Shown here one piece after another: positions 17,223 to 26,225 of a stretch of DNA of 64,000 bases (the first letter of the stretch is position 1; the number at the start of each line of letters is the position of its first letter). The DNA lies in contig JAFSOQ010000055.1 of the NCBI GenBank assembly GCA_017446845.1, positions 983-64,982 of the forward strand, in the 5' to 3' direction. The stretch comes from Selenomonadaceae bacterium. GTDB lineage: Bacteria; Bacillota; Negativicutes; Selenomonadales; Selenomonadaceae. Made by a program: the position numbers and the translations under genes. The notes below the pieces were generated by a model. That model was not told where the DNA came from, did not search any database, and saw nothing but the letters and a program-made list of their open reading frames with translations.

Positions 17223-17298
17223 CGTTGAAGTGGTCGATGAGCGAGAGGACGAAACTTCCGACCAAGCAAATGGGCTCAATCCAGTCCTTAATGTCCAT
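17212..17298 (-). CDS. 28-aa hydrophobic peptide, type I toxin-like (MDIKDWIEPICLVGSFVLSLIDHFNGKK)
   Basis: Own translation. The strong SD GGAAGGAGGTG lies 7 nt upstream. The central hydrophobic helix and C-terminal Lys-Lys resemble Fst/Ldr-type toxins. The 5' UTR can fold CTTCC-tcga-GGAAG over the SD. Not in the ORF track because it is too short. Confidence 0.45.
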   Translation of the reverse strand: MDIKDWIEPICLVGSFVLSLIDHFNGKK

Positions 17299-17357
17299 AC
17301 GCGTCACCTCCTTCCTTCGAGGAAGAAAGCCGACACATCGAACTGTCTGCCGCGCAG

Positions 17358-17386
17358 ATAATATCATTTCTTTAGAAATTTTTCAA
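17358..17386 (-). promoter_or_regulatory. Sigma-70 promoter for the toxin-like peptide mRNA
   Basis: On the minus strand: TTGAAA (17386-17381), 17-nt spacer, TATTAT (17363-17358). Confidence 0.55.
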
Positions 17387-17431
17387 GATAAAATTCAGCT
17401 GGTCAAATAACTTGCCTTGAGTATCGCGGGC

Positions 17432-17530
17432 TTAAAAAATTTTTCGTCATGTGATATGATTTTCTACGTTAAGAAGACAATTTTATCCATGACATCACCC
17501 CCTCTCTTGCGAGAGGAAGCCGAGCCGCTT
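17432..17530 (+). repeat. Degenerate, rearranged second copy of the TA-like module (sRNA promoter and 5' end fused to the antisense of a toxin-type leader)
   Basis: 17436-17486 repeats 17085-17135 (AAAATTTTTCG.C.TGTGATATGATT...ACGTTAA.AAGACAATTTTA). The minus strand then reads CTTCCTCTCGCAAGAGAGGGGGTGATGTCATGGATAAAATTGTCTTCTTAACGTAG. That is a leader plus SD plus an 8-codon ORF only. Confidence 0.5.
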
Positions 17531-17544
17531 TAAAAGCGGCGGAA

Positions 17545-17610
17545 CAACGACCGCGTTGTAGCGTTATCATAATTTTAAATTAATCGCCGCGCCTTCGACA
17601 GCCTCGCGAC
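17545..17610 (+). repeat. Probable copy (d) of the dispersed repeat family (same orientation as the copy at 47215-47305)
   Basis: TCATAATTTTAAATTAATCGCCGCGCCTTCGAC compared with 47260-47292 CGATAATTTTAACGTAGACGCCGCGCCGGAACG gives about 21 of 27 identities in the core, by eye. Confidence 0.35.
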
Positions 17611-17632
17611 TAAAATTTTTAAGGGCGGAATT

Positions 17633-18286
17633 TTGGTTACCGTCGTCATCACGATAAGCATATTTATCGGCTGCGTCATAGAATTTTGGGCGAATGATAT
17701 TCCGAGTCTCGCCGCGCAAGTTTTCGTTCAAGCGTTCGTGTTGAGTTTTATGATTTCCCCGCGCTCATTGGGCGACGCCGCTCGCGAAATTCATTTTTTA
17801 TTGGAGCAAGAAAATTTGGTTCGTGCTCGCGAAAAAGTCGGTTGGATTGTCGGGCGCGATACTCAAAATTTAAACGAGGCTGAAGTTGTTCGCGCCACCG
17901 TCGAGACAGTCGCCGAAAATACTGTTGACGGAATCATTTCGCCGCTGTTTTATTTTGCGCTCGGCGGTTTGCCGCTTGCCATTGCCTATCGCGCAATCAA
18001 CACCATGGATTCCATGCTCGGCTACAAAAACGAAAAATATTTTTACTTCGGGCGCGTGGCAGCTCGTTTCGACGACATTGCCAATTACATTCCCGCCGGG
18101 TTGACGGCTTTGCTTTTCATATGCGCGGCGATGATTTTGAACTTGGATTATAAAAATGCTTTTGAAATGGCAAAACGCGATGCCAAAAAACATCCGAGTC
18201 CGAACGGCGGCTGGGCTGAGGCGACTGTCGCAGGTGCGTTGAAAATTCAACTCGGCGGCACGAATTATTATTTAGTTAGGAGTTAG
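17633..18286 (+). pseudogene. cbiB: Adenosylcobinamide-phosphate synthase (CbiB/CobD) remnant, truncated at both ends
   Basis: Core CbiB motifs are present (GWIVGRDTQNL, TVETVAENTVDGIISPLFYFALGG, AYRAINTMDSMLGYKN, RFDDIANYIPAGLTAL, HPSPNGGW). The N-terminal ~50-60 aa are absent. The frame runs into the heptad repeat (..GGTNYYLVRS*) instead of the normal C-terminal ~60 aa. Confidence 0.65.
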
Positions 18287-18299
18287 GAGTTAGGAGTTA
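18272..18299. repeat. Tandem heptad repeat (TTAGGAG)x3.5
   Basis: Read directly: ttag ttaggag ttaggag ttaggag ttaa. It supplies the stop codon of the cbiB remnant. Confidence 0.8.
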
Positions 18300-18316
18300 A
18301 AAATTTTGTCCCTAAT

Positions 18317-19423
18317 TCAATAAAGTTTTTTCAGCTTGGTGTCTTTGTAGTAGTGCGCCAAAATTTTTTCGTAAGACCAACCGTTTCCGGCGTAATCTCT
18401 CGCGCCGACTTGACTCATGCCGACGCCGTGTCCGCGTCCGTAGCCCGTAAAAATAATTTCGTCGCCGTCAAGTTTCATGTCGAAAAGAGTACTCGGCAAA
18501 GAAAATTTCCTGCGTAAATCGTTACCCGTGAGCGTGACGGTTTTTTTTGTGCCGACAATCTGCGCGGACTTCACGCGACCCGAAGAAGTTCTGTCACCGG
18601 AACTTTTGCCGATAGTCAACTTGCTCAGCTTAATTTCCTTCGTGTCGCCGAAATTGTCGCCGAACCTTGAAGAAAAATCTTTGACGGGAACTTTAACACT
18701 CCACGGCTCGCCGAGCTTGATAATTTCTCTGACTGCGACAAGATACGGCGTGGCAGTCCCCCAAACATCACCGACGTCCTCCGTCATGCCGCCGCTGTCC
18801 GCGTGAAAATTCGTGTCGATGAGTTTTTCCTTGTAAACCAAAACTCCGCCGCGCGTCTCGTCAATCGCCCTGTTAATCGAATCAAAATTCGTGACGCCGA
18901 TATAAACTTGACAGTGAGTCGAGTCACACAAGTCGTAGCCGTCTTTAACGTGCCGTCCGCGATTTTTCAACGCAAACGAACGCGCTGCCACCGCTTGAGC
19001 TTTCAGAGCCTCCAAAGGATACGACGGCGACATTTCCTTCGACACGACCCCGCGCAGATATTCTTCGACCGGCGCAATGTTTATTACCTTGAGCGAATCT
19101 TTTTCCTTGTTGACGCTGACGCCGCCGTAATATTCCTTGTCGTTAATCGTTATGCGCAAATCTTGCAGCGGAACTTTTTCGGGAAGAATTTCAATCGCAT
19201 TAATATCCATCTTCGCGAACTCGACGACAAAACTGCCGTCCGCCGGAATTTTTTTCAGGATATTGCCTTTGGCGGCGTTAATCATGACGCAGGGCGCGGA
19301 AACTTTCAAAGACACCTGCTTGAGTCCGTCGACGAGTCCGACTTTAACTACGGGTTGCCAAGTTCCTGCCTCCGCCCGACTCATCATCAATAAAATTATC
19401 AGTACAAAAATTTTTTTAATCAT
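18317..19423 (-). CDS. SpoIID/LytB-domain protein (lytic transglycosylase / amidase enhancer family)
   Basis: Signal peptide [19 protein letters not shown]. SpoIID motifs are EEYLRGVVSKEMSPSYPLEALKAQAVAARSFAL, CDSTHCQVY and FHADSGGMTE. The start is set at ATG 19423, giving an 8-nt ATGATTAA overlap with the upstream gene. Confidence 0.85.
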   Translation of the reverse strand: MIKKIFVLIILLMMSRAEAGTWQPVVKVGLVDGLKQVSLKVSAPCVMINAAKGNILKKIPADGSFVVEFAKMDINAIEILPEKVPLQDLRITINDKEYYGGVSVNKEKDSLKVINIAPVEEYLRGVVSKEMSPSYPLEALKAQAVAARSFALKNRGRHVKDGYDLCDSTHCQVYIGVTNFDSINRAIDETRGGVLVYKEKLIDTNFHADSGGMTEDVGDVWGTATPYLVAVREIIKLGEPWSVKVPVKDFSSRFGDNFGDTKEIKLSKLTIGKSSGDRTSSGRVKSAQIVGTKKTVTLTGNDLRRKFSLPSTLFDMKLDGDEIIFTGYGRGHGVGMSQVGARDYAGNGWSYEKILAHYYKDTKLKKLY

Positions 19424-21038
19424 GTTCAACCTTCTTAAAAATTTTACAACGAATAACTTCCGAACCGACCGCTTGCTCGCTCTCGTAGAGTACGCGGAAA
19501 TTTTTATCGCTCGACAGCTCATCAAAAAGATACGGTTTTTCGCTCGTAACGATTATGTGCGTGAAATCGTAACGATTGAAAAAATCTTTGTAATTGATTT
19601 TGCCGTTCATGAAGTCCAGATACTCTCCGAGAATATTTTTTTGAGTGCCGTTGTTGGCAGGAATGAAAACTTCCGAGCGCGAGTCGATATAATATTTTAT
19701 TCCGTAACTGCCCGCCAGCCCGCCGATACCTTGAGGAACGTAAAGCGAAATATTTTCGGGTCGTTCATCTCGGAGCAAAAATTCTATCGCGTTCGTATAA
19801 GTTCGCAGCGGCTTGCTTTGAGTGCCTTGGAGCGTCGTGAAGAAAATTACGCTGACAACTACAAAACCGATAAGCAGTGACAAAACTTTTCGCGGGAGTA
19901 GCGTCGGATAAAGTATTCGCCCTTCGATTTTTACAATCAGCAAATTATACGCTATAAACAGCAGCGTAGCGAAGAATAAAATTTTCGGCAACAACGCAAC
20001 GTTTTCAAAATCACTTTGGATAAAACTTATAATGACTGTGGTATTTGCGGCGACGAGCAGGAAAACCAATATCGTCATGGGCATACGCATGGTTTTGAAT
20101 TTTTCAACGCTGAGTTCTCGCCACGCATAAGCAATCGGAATCGTCGCCAAAAGATAAAATAAAATCACATTGCGCCCGTGCATTATCGCCATAAAAGTTA
20201 GTCCGCCGCTTAGGAAAATATATCTCAACGGAACTTTGAATCTTGCCAGAGAAATAATCAGTAAAGCTTCTGTGGCGTAAAAAAATTTTCCGCGGAAATC
20301 ATGCGCACTGGGCGTGAACATTTCGGGAATGTTTTCGCTAATCATGCTTATGCCGTAAGAGCGGAAAACGTAAGTCATTGCCTCGACGCCGTAAGGATTA
20401 ATCAGCCCGCCGATAAAAATCCCGCCCAGTGCCGCGAGTAAAAATTTTATGTGGCGAAAATTTTTTACGAACAGAAACGGCAGACATAAAACCAACGACA
20501 TCAGCCAAACCGCCGCGTGAAAATTTACCAGCGCAATACTCAAGAACGGCAACGGAATTAAAAATTTTGCGTTTTCGGTGCGCGTAAATTTTTCCAGGCA
20601 GAAAACTTCGATTAAAAATAACATCGCCGATAAAATGTGCGGACGCGTGACAATCGCCGGCGCGATTAAAAATCCGACGATTAAACTCATAACGAACGAT
20701 AAAACTTTATTGCCGTCGCTGACGAACAAACACAGCCGCCAATAAATTAAAACAATCGCCGTCCCGACAACAGCGTCAATGGCTACGAGTCCGTCGAAAC
20801 CGAAATTTTTATACGCCTCCCAAAACAAAACTCCGCTCAACCACTGTTGCGCGACGAGTTGTAAATTTTCATGGACAGTAAACGGGTCGACGTGCGGAAA
20901 GCCGTGCTCAAGAATATATTTTCCCAAATTAATCACAAAGCGCGTGTCTGCCTCTTCGATCCATTTGAAAAATATTTGCCAATAAACCACGCATGCCGAC
21001 AAAGAAATTGCTTGGATAAGCGGTAAAAATCTATTCAT
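19416..21038 (-). CDS. Large polytopic membrane protein, GT-C-like (putative glycosyltransferase / polymerase); function uncertain
   Basis: About 12 or more hydrophobic segments followed by a C-terminal soluble ~120 aa. The start is set at ATG 21038 (ATGAATAG overlap with the upstream stop). No diagnostic motif was recognised. Confidence 0.4.
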   Translation of the reverse strand: MNRFLPLIQAISLSACVVYWQIFFKWIEEADTRFVINLGKYILEHGFPHVDPFTVHENLQLVAQQWLSGVLFWEAYKNFGFDGLVAIDAVVGTAIVLIYWRLCLFVSDGNKVLSFVMSLIVGFLIAPAIVTRPHILSAMLFLIEVFCLEKFTRTENAKFLIPLPFLSIALVNFHAAVWLMSLVLCLPFLFVKNFRHIKFLLAALGGIFIGGLINPYGVEAMTYVFRSYGISMISENIPEMFTPSAHDFRGKFFYATEALLIISLARFKVPLRYIFLSGGLTFMAIMHGRNVILFYLLATIPIAYAWRELSVEKFKTMRMPMTILVFLLVAANTTVIISFIQSDFENVALLPKILFFATLLFIAYNLLIVKIEGRILYPTLLPRKVLSLLIGFVVVSVIFFTTLQGTQSKPLRTYTNAIEFLLRDERPENISLYVPQGIGGLAGSYGIKYYIDSRSEVFIPANNGTQKNILGEYLDFMNGKINYKDFFNRYDFTHIIVTSEKPYLFDELSSDKNFRVLYESEQAVGSEVIRCKIFKKVEHD

Positions 21039-22593
21039 TTTTTTTGTCCTCATGGTAAACTTTTTCGGCGTTGATTTTCCAAACGTCTGCCTTCGGAAAT
21101 TTCCCGCCAATCGCACAAACCGCCGCAATTGCCGTCAACATGCTGTGATCCATGTTGTTATAACGGTGCTGACCGTTGCGCCCGATGCAGTAAAGATTTT
21201 TAATTTCGTCGAGCGCGGTGCGCAGTTCGGAAATATTTTCGTAGGTGTCGAAGTAGGCGGGATAAGCCTTCGGAACTTTGACTTGCACGCCGTGGCGAAC
21301 GGCAGCCGCGTCGATAACGCCGATTGAGGCGAGTTCGTCCGCCGCGAATTTTATAAAGTCGTCACTGCTCATTTGCCAGAGTTCGTCGCCTTCCGCGCAA
21401 AAATATTCTAAGCCGAGCCAAACAGTATTTTCAGGGTCGGCAACCATGTACGGCGACCAGTTGTTGAAAATTTGCAGGCGACCGAGTTTAACCGACGGCT
21501 CTTGAATATAAATCCAGCAATCGGGAACAATGTCGCCGAGCGTTTTTATTTTGGTCTGATTTTTTAAAAGAAGTTTATCGACGAGCAACCCGACGGTTAT
21601 AAAGTCGCGATAAGGCAAGCCGCGAGCAATTTGCAGCTGACGAAGATTTAATCCGTCGTCGAGAGCTTCGGCAAGTTCGGCAAGCGGCCTACTCGACAAA
21701 AAATAATCGGCGGGAAAAGTCAACATACCTGCAGGAGATTCGACGCGCACGGATTTTATAACGTTATTCACGACATGAAAACTTTTGACGTTGGAAGATG
21801 TAAGAACTTCGCCGCCGAGTTTTTTAATGTCGTCAGCCAATTTTCCCCAGAGTTGCCCCGGACCGAACTTCGGGTAGAAAAATCTTTCGATAAGGGAAGT
21901 TTCGCCCGCGCCGTCTTTTGAGCCGAAAGTTTTTTTGAAAAAGTCCAAAATTGTTTTGCCGAGCGACAAACCTTTGATTCGTTGGGAACCCCAATCCGCG
22001 CCGATTTGTTTAGGCGAACGTCCCCAAACTTTGGTTGTATAATCGCGGAAAAAAGTTTCGTAGAGTTTTTGCCCGAAGCGATTAATCATAAAATCTTCAA
22101 GCGTATTTTCCTCGCGCTGACTTAACTTAGCCTTGAGAAAACTCGTGCCGATAGAAAACATTTCAACAAGTCCGAGATTTTTAATCGTCTCCAAACTCAA
22201 CGAAATCGGATAGGAAAAAAATTTCCGCCGATAAAAAATTCTGGACACGCGATTGCGATTTAAAAAAACTTCGTCGACTTCTTCGGGATTGGCACCGCCC
22301 TCCGTCAAAACCGATTCGCGTCCCAAAATTTTATCGTCGAGAGCGGGCGCACCTTGAGGTTGCAAAAGTTCATTCCACAGCTTTAAAATTTCCTCGTCCT
22401 TGGAAAAAAATCTGTGCCCGCCGATGTCCATGCGGTTGCCGTTGAAATTCATTGTGCGCGAAATGCCGCCGACGAAATTTTCTTTTTCCAAAACAATCGG
22501 CTTGATTTCGGTATGTTTCAAAAGATAATAAGCGGCAGTCAAGCCGGCAGGTCCCGCGCCGATTATTATCGCGTGTTGTTTCCTTTTAAGCAA
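21031..22593 (-). CDS. NAD(P)/FAD-dependent oxidoreductase (amine-oxidase / UDP-galactopyranose-mutase-like fold)
   Basis: N-terminal dinucleotide-binding motif [17 protein letters not shown]...[13 protein letters not shown], followed by DIGGHRFF. Confidence 0.7.
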   Translation of the reverse strand: MLKRKQHAIIIGAGPAGLTAAYYLLKHTEIKPIVLEKENFVGGISRTMNFNGNRMDIGGHRFFSKDEEILKLWNELLQPQGAPALDDKILGRESVLTEGGANPEEVDEVFLNRNRVSRIFYRRKFFSYPISLSLETIKNLGLVEMFSIGTSFLKAKLSQREENTLEDFMINRFGQKLYETFFRDYTTKVWGRSPKQIGADWGSQRIKGLSLGKTILDFFKKTFGSKDGAGETSLIERFFYPKFGPGQLWGKLADDIKKLGGEVLTSSNVKSFHVVNNVIKSVRVESPAGMLTFPADYFLSSRPLAELAEALDDGLNLRQLQIARGLPYRDFITVGLLVDKLLLKNQTKIKTLGDIVPDCWIYIQEPSVKLGRLQIFNNWSPYMVADPENTVWLGLEYFCAEGDELWQMSSDDFIKFAADELASIGVIDAAAVRHGVQVKVPKAYPAYFDTYENISELRTALDEIKNLYCIGRNGQHRYNNMDHSMLTAIAAVCAIGGKFPKADVWKINAEKVYHEDKKNE

Positions 22594-22632
22594 AAAATTA
22601 TTCCCTCCGTTATTTTGTTTTATTTTAAAGGC

Positions 22633-24222
22633 TTAAAAATTTCTGTCGACGTTGTATTTCGTGACGGCTTCGACGGGCGACTTGACGGAATTCATAGGGC
22701 AACAAACTTGGCAACCGCGAAAATCATCGTGCAAAATCCGATAGCGTGCGGACGCATACTCGAACGAATTCAAAATCTTTTCCCAGTCGACAAATTCTTT
22801 TCCGTCGGCGTCGTGCTCGATAAAATTTTTTATGTTCAAAGTCGGCTCGAACCAGCCGCAAAAATCCAATCTGCCGTCGGGATATAAATCAATCTCATTC
22901 CACGGCGCAAAACAAATTTCCCTGTCAGCCTCCTGCTTTAAATGCAAACTCGGCGAAATGTCATCGACCATTGAAAGTTCTTTTTTACCGCACGCGCGGC
23001 GAATCTCGTTGCGTTTTTTAAATTCGTTTAGTATCGAACGACCTTCCGCCAATTTTAAAATCTTCGCGTATTTTTTATTCAGCTCGTCAATCGGAATTGC
23101 CTCGACTTCCTGCTGAAGACTTGCCGCCTCGCCCGTCGGCATCCACAAGCGGAAATAAATTATAATCTTCTCGGCAAGCACCCGCTCCAATTCCATCATG
23201 GTTTTCATTGCCGGGCGCGATATTTCCGGATTGGAAAAAAATTCGCCGCTCATGTCGTTTTCCGTGTAGTCGAAGAAAAATACGATAAAGCCCGCGTGCA
23301 ATTCCAACGACAGCTCCACAAAGTCTAAAATATCGTCGGCGTTGTCTTTATTCACGACCATCGACAAATCGGGCGCGAAACAAAGTTTGTCAGCTGCCTC
23401 AAGTTTCTTGAGATAATTTTTGATGTTGCGAATCATAATCGGGAACATTTTTTTAGCGGTCGACGAGTCGTCCGAATCCCAACAACTTTTCGCGAAAACG
23501 TCGGCATTGGACGCGTTGATTGAGAAATGCGCCTTGAAAAGATTTTTCGCGGCAAGTTCCTGAAATTTTTCGTTGAAGGCAATTCCGTTCGATTCGGTCA
23601 TCAAAGTTATATGCGGGAAATTTTCGCTCATGAACTTCATGTAGTTATAACTTTCCTTGGCAAAGAACGCGTCGCCGCCCGTGATTAGCACCACGCCTAT
23701 TTTATCGTAAATCGGTCGGCAAAGTTCATAATACCAACTCGGAATCATGGCATGGGTCGCCTCGTCGCCGAAACCGCACCGCACTCCGCAATAGCGACAT
23801 TTGGCGTTGCAGGCGTTCGTTATTCTGATTCTCAAGAGTCCGTCTTTAAGTTCGGTCTTGCAATCGGGATGACGCTCCAAAATTTTCGGCAAGGCACTTT
23901 CAATTTCTGCGCGGTAACGATTTTCCTTGAAACCGAACTTTTCAAAGTGCACGAGCGGATTTATATTCACGTCGGGATTTTTTTTCAAGTAATCGGTCGT
24001 CGAGAAAAATGCCGACGGATTTTTTCCCTCGCGCCAACCGACATTCAAATAATGATTCGCCGCGTCGAGATATTTTCCAAAGCCGTAAGTTTTGCAATAC
24101 CATTCCGAATCAAACAGCAGAGAATTTTCAATCAGTTTTTTATCTTCCGAGTCGGGCACTTGCGGCGGCTCGGATTTTTTTTCACTGCCGAAAAGTTTAT
24201 CTAAGATTTTCAATTCAATCAC
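22633..24222 (-). CDS. Radical SAM / SPASM-domain protein with an N-terminal repeat region
   Basis: CxxxCxxC in ITNACNAKCRYCGV. Cys-rich C-terminus (CFAPW...FCGWF...FRGCQVCCPMN) of SPASM/twitch type. GTG start at 24222. Confidence 0.75.
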   Translation of the reverse strand: MIELKILDKLFGSEKKSEPPQVPDSEDKKLIENSLLFDSEWYCKTYGFGKYLDAANHYLNVGWREGKNPSAFFSTTDYLKKNPDVNINPLVHFEKFGFKENRYRAEIESALPKILERHPDCKTELKDGLLRIRITNACNAKCRYCGVRCGFGDEATHAMIPSWYYELCRPIYDKIGVVLITGGDAFFAKESYNYMKFMSENFPHITLMTESNGIAFNEKFQELAAKNLFKAHFSINASNADVFAKSCWDSDDSSTAKKMFPIMIRNIKNYLKKLEAADKLCFAPDLSMVVNKDNADDILDFVELSLELHAGFIVFFFDYTENDMSGEFFSNPEISRPAMKTMMELERVLAEKIIIYFRLWMPTGEAASLQQEVEAIPIDELNKKYAKILKLAEGRSILNEFKKRNEIRRACGKKELSMVDDISPSLHLKQEADREICFAPWNEIDLYPDGRLDFCGWFEPTLNIKNFIEHDADGKEFVDWEKILNSFEYASARYRILHDDFRGCQVCCPMNSVKSPVEAVTKYNVDRNF

Positions 24223-24247
24223 CCGCCGCGAATATACAAAAGTTTTA

Positions 24248-24276
24248 TTGCAATGTCAATTTCCAAAAACTATAAT
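24248..24276 (+). promoter_or_regulatory. Near-consensus sigma-70 promoter for lepA
   Basis: TTGCAA (24248-24253), 17-nt spacer, TATAAT (24271-24276). Confidence 0.6.
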
Positions 24277-24277
24277 G

Positions 24278-24346
24278 TAAGGAGTTAGGAGTTAGGAGTT
24301 AGAGAAAAAAACCTAAATCCTAAATCCTAAATCCTAAAACCTCTAA
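24278..24346 (+). repeat. Heptad-repeat hairpin in the lepA leader: (TTAGGAG)x3.5 facing (CCTAAAT)x4-5
   Basis: Read directly. UUAGGA hexamers (24285-90, 24292-97) are complementary to UCCUAA hexamers (24325-30, 24318-23), in register with one G-A mismatch per heptad. Confidence 0.8.
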
Positions 24347-24361
24347 ACAGGAGGAATTTTC

Positions 24362-26161
24362 TTGAACGACAAGATTAGAAATTTTTCAATCATAGCGCAC
24401 ATCGACCACGGCAAATCGACTTTGGCGGACAGATTGATTGAGATGACCGGCACCGTCGAAAAACGCGAGATGAGCGAACAATTTTTGGACAACATGGAAC
24501 TTGAACGCGAACGCGGCATCACGATTAAGGCGCAGACCGTCAGATTAAAATACACCGCCGCCGACGGCGAAACTTATCAGCTGAATTTAATCGACACGCC
24601 CGGTCACGTCGACTTTACTTACGAAGTTTCCAGAAGTCTTGCCGCCTGCGAAGGTGCTTTGCTCGTCGTGGACGCTACTCAAGGCGTTGAGGCTCAAACT
24701 TTGTCCAACGTCTACCTTGCGCTTGAGCACGACTTGGAAATTGTTCCCGTCATTAACAAAATCGATTTGCCCGGCGCAGATGTCGAACGTGTCCGCGCAG
24801 AAATTGAAGAGGCTATCGGGCTTGACGCAAGCGACGCCGTTAAATGTTCGGCAAAAACCGGCGCGGGTGTCGATGAAATTTTGGAGGCGATTGTCCAAAG
24901 AATTCCGCCGCCCGAAGGTTCCGGCTCCAAACCTCTTCAAGCTCTGATTTTCGATTCCTATTTTGACTCTTACAAAGGCGCGGTTGCTCACGTCAGAATT
25001 TTCGACGGCAAAGTTAAAAAAGGTGACAAGCTGAAACTTTTGGCGACGGGTAAAGAATTCGAGGCGACGGAGATTGGAATTTTCGCGCCGAATATGACCG
25101 AACTCGGCGAACTCAACGCGGGCGAAGTCGGCTACATTTGCGGCAGTTTAAAAGACGTTCGCGACGTTCGAGTCGGCGACACCGTTACAACTTCTCAAAA
25201 ACCTGCCGAAGCTCTCGCGGGTTATCGTGCGCCCGTGCCCATGGTTTTCTGCGGACTTTATCCCACCGACAGCGTTGACTACGACAATTTAAAAGACGCG
25301 CTCGAAAAACTTCAACTCAACGACGCCGCACTTGTCTACGAGCCGGAAACTTCTGCAGCACTCGGATTCGGTTTTCGTTGCGGATTTTTGGGACTGTTGC
25401 ACATGGACGTTATTCAAGAACGTTTGGAGCGCGAATACAAATTAAAAATCGTCACGACCGCTCCGAGTGTCGTTTACCAAGTTCACAAGACCAACGGAGA
25501 AATTTTTAAAATCGACAACCCCGCCGCACTTCCGCCGACGACCGAAATTAATTTTATCGAAGAACCGATGGTCAAGGCGACCGTCATTGTTCCGAGCGAT
25601 TATATCGGCGCGGTCATGGAACTTTGCCGGGATAAGCGCGGCACTTATAAGAGCATGGATTATATCGACAAAACCCGCGTCATGATTGTTTACGAAATGC
25701 CGCTCAACGAAATTATCTACGACTTCTTTGACAAGCTGAAATCTGTGACTCGCGGCTATGCAAGTTTGGACTACGAACTTTCCGAGTACAAACAATCCGA
25801 CCTTGCAAAGCTCGATATTCTTTTGAACGGCGATTTGATTGACGCGCTCAGCTCGATTGTCCACCGCACTCGCGCCGCAAAAATCGGAAGGATTCTCGCT
25901 TTGAAGTTGAAAAGAATTATTCCCGAACAGCTTTTTGATATTCCCGTTCAAGCGGCAATCGGCGGAAGGATTATCGCCCGCGAAACTGTCAAAGCTCGGC
26001 GCAAAGACGTTTTGGCTAAATGTTACGGCGGCGACGTCTCGCGCAAGAGAAAACTCCTTGAGAAACAAAAAGCCGGTAAAAAACGCATGAAAGCCGTCGG
26101 CAGCGTCGAACTCCCGCAAGAAGCTTTTATGGCAGTTTTGACTGTCGGCGACGAGGAATAA
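24362..26161 (+). CDS. lepA: Elongation factor 4
   Basis: [34 protein letters not shown], and the characteristic LepA C-terminal domain. TTG start with AGGAGG 7 nt upstream. Confidence 0.95.
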   Translation: MNDKIRNFSIIAHIDHGKSTLADRLIEMTGTVEKREMSEQFLDNMELERERGITIKAQTVRLKYTAADGETYQLNLIDTPGHVDFTYEVSRSLAACEGALLVVDATQGVEAQTLSNVYLALEHDLEIVPVINKIDLPGADVERVRAEIEEAIGLDASDAVKCSAKTGAGVDEILEAIVQRIPPPEGSGSKPLQALIFDSYFDSYKGAVAHVRIFDGKVKKGDKLKLLATGKEFEATEIGIFAPNMTELGELNAGEVGYICGSLKDVRDVRVGDTVTTSQKPAEALAGYRAPVPMVFCGLYPTDSVDYDNLKDALEKLQLNDAALVYEPETSAALGFGFRCGFLGLLHMDVIQERLEREYKLKIVTTAPSVVYQVHKTNGEIFKIDNPAALPPTTEINFIEEPMVKATVIVPSDYIGAVMELCRDKRGTYKSMDYIDKTRVMIVYEMPLNEIIYDFFDKLKSVTRGYASLDYELSEYKQSDLAKLDILLNGDLIDALSSIVHRTRAAKIGRILALKLKRIIPEQLFDIPVQAAIGGRIIARETVKARRKDVLAKCYGGDVSRKRKLLEKQKAGKKRMKAVGSVELPQEAFMAVLTVGDEE

Positions 26162-26187
26162 GCTTTAAAGACTGCAAGAACCAACGA

Positions 26188-26222
26188 AATTAGAGGTCGC
26201 CATGGACGACCTCTAATTTTAT
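26188..26222. terminator. Bidirectional rho-independent terminator between lepA and tcdA
   Basis: TTAGAGGTCG (26190-26199) pairs with CGACCTCTAA (26207-26216). It is flanked by an A-rich stretch and a T-run. Confidence 0.7.
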
Positions 26223-26225
26223 ACG

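Noticed and set aside
17225-17410. 61-aa plus-strand ORF in the truB-cbiB spacer
   Set aside because: It has no promoter or SD. It is antisense to a much better supported unit: a consensus promoter, a strong SD and the 28-aa hydrophobic peptide on the minus strand.
24278-24346. Heptad arrays considered as a CRISPR array or as telomere-like repeats (CCCTAA/TTAGGG-like units also occur at 42650-42670)
   Set aside because: The period is 7 nt with no spacers and arrays are under 40 nt. No cas genes are present. Occurrence at internal gene junctions of a bacterial chromosome fits hairpin or SD-like elements, not CRISPR or telomeres.
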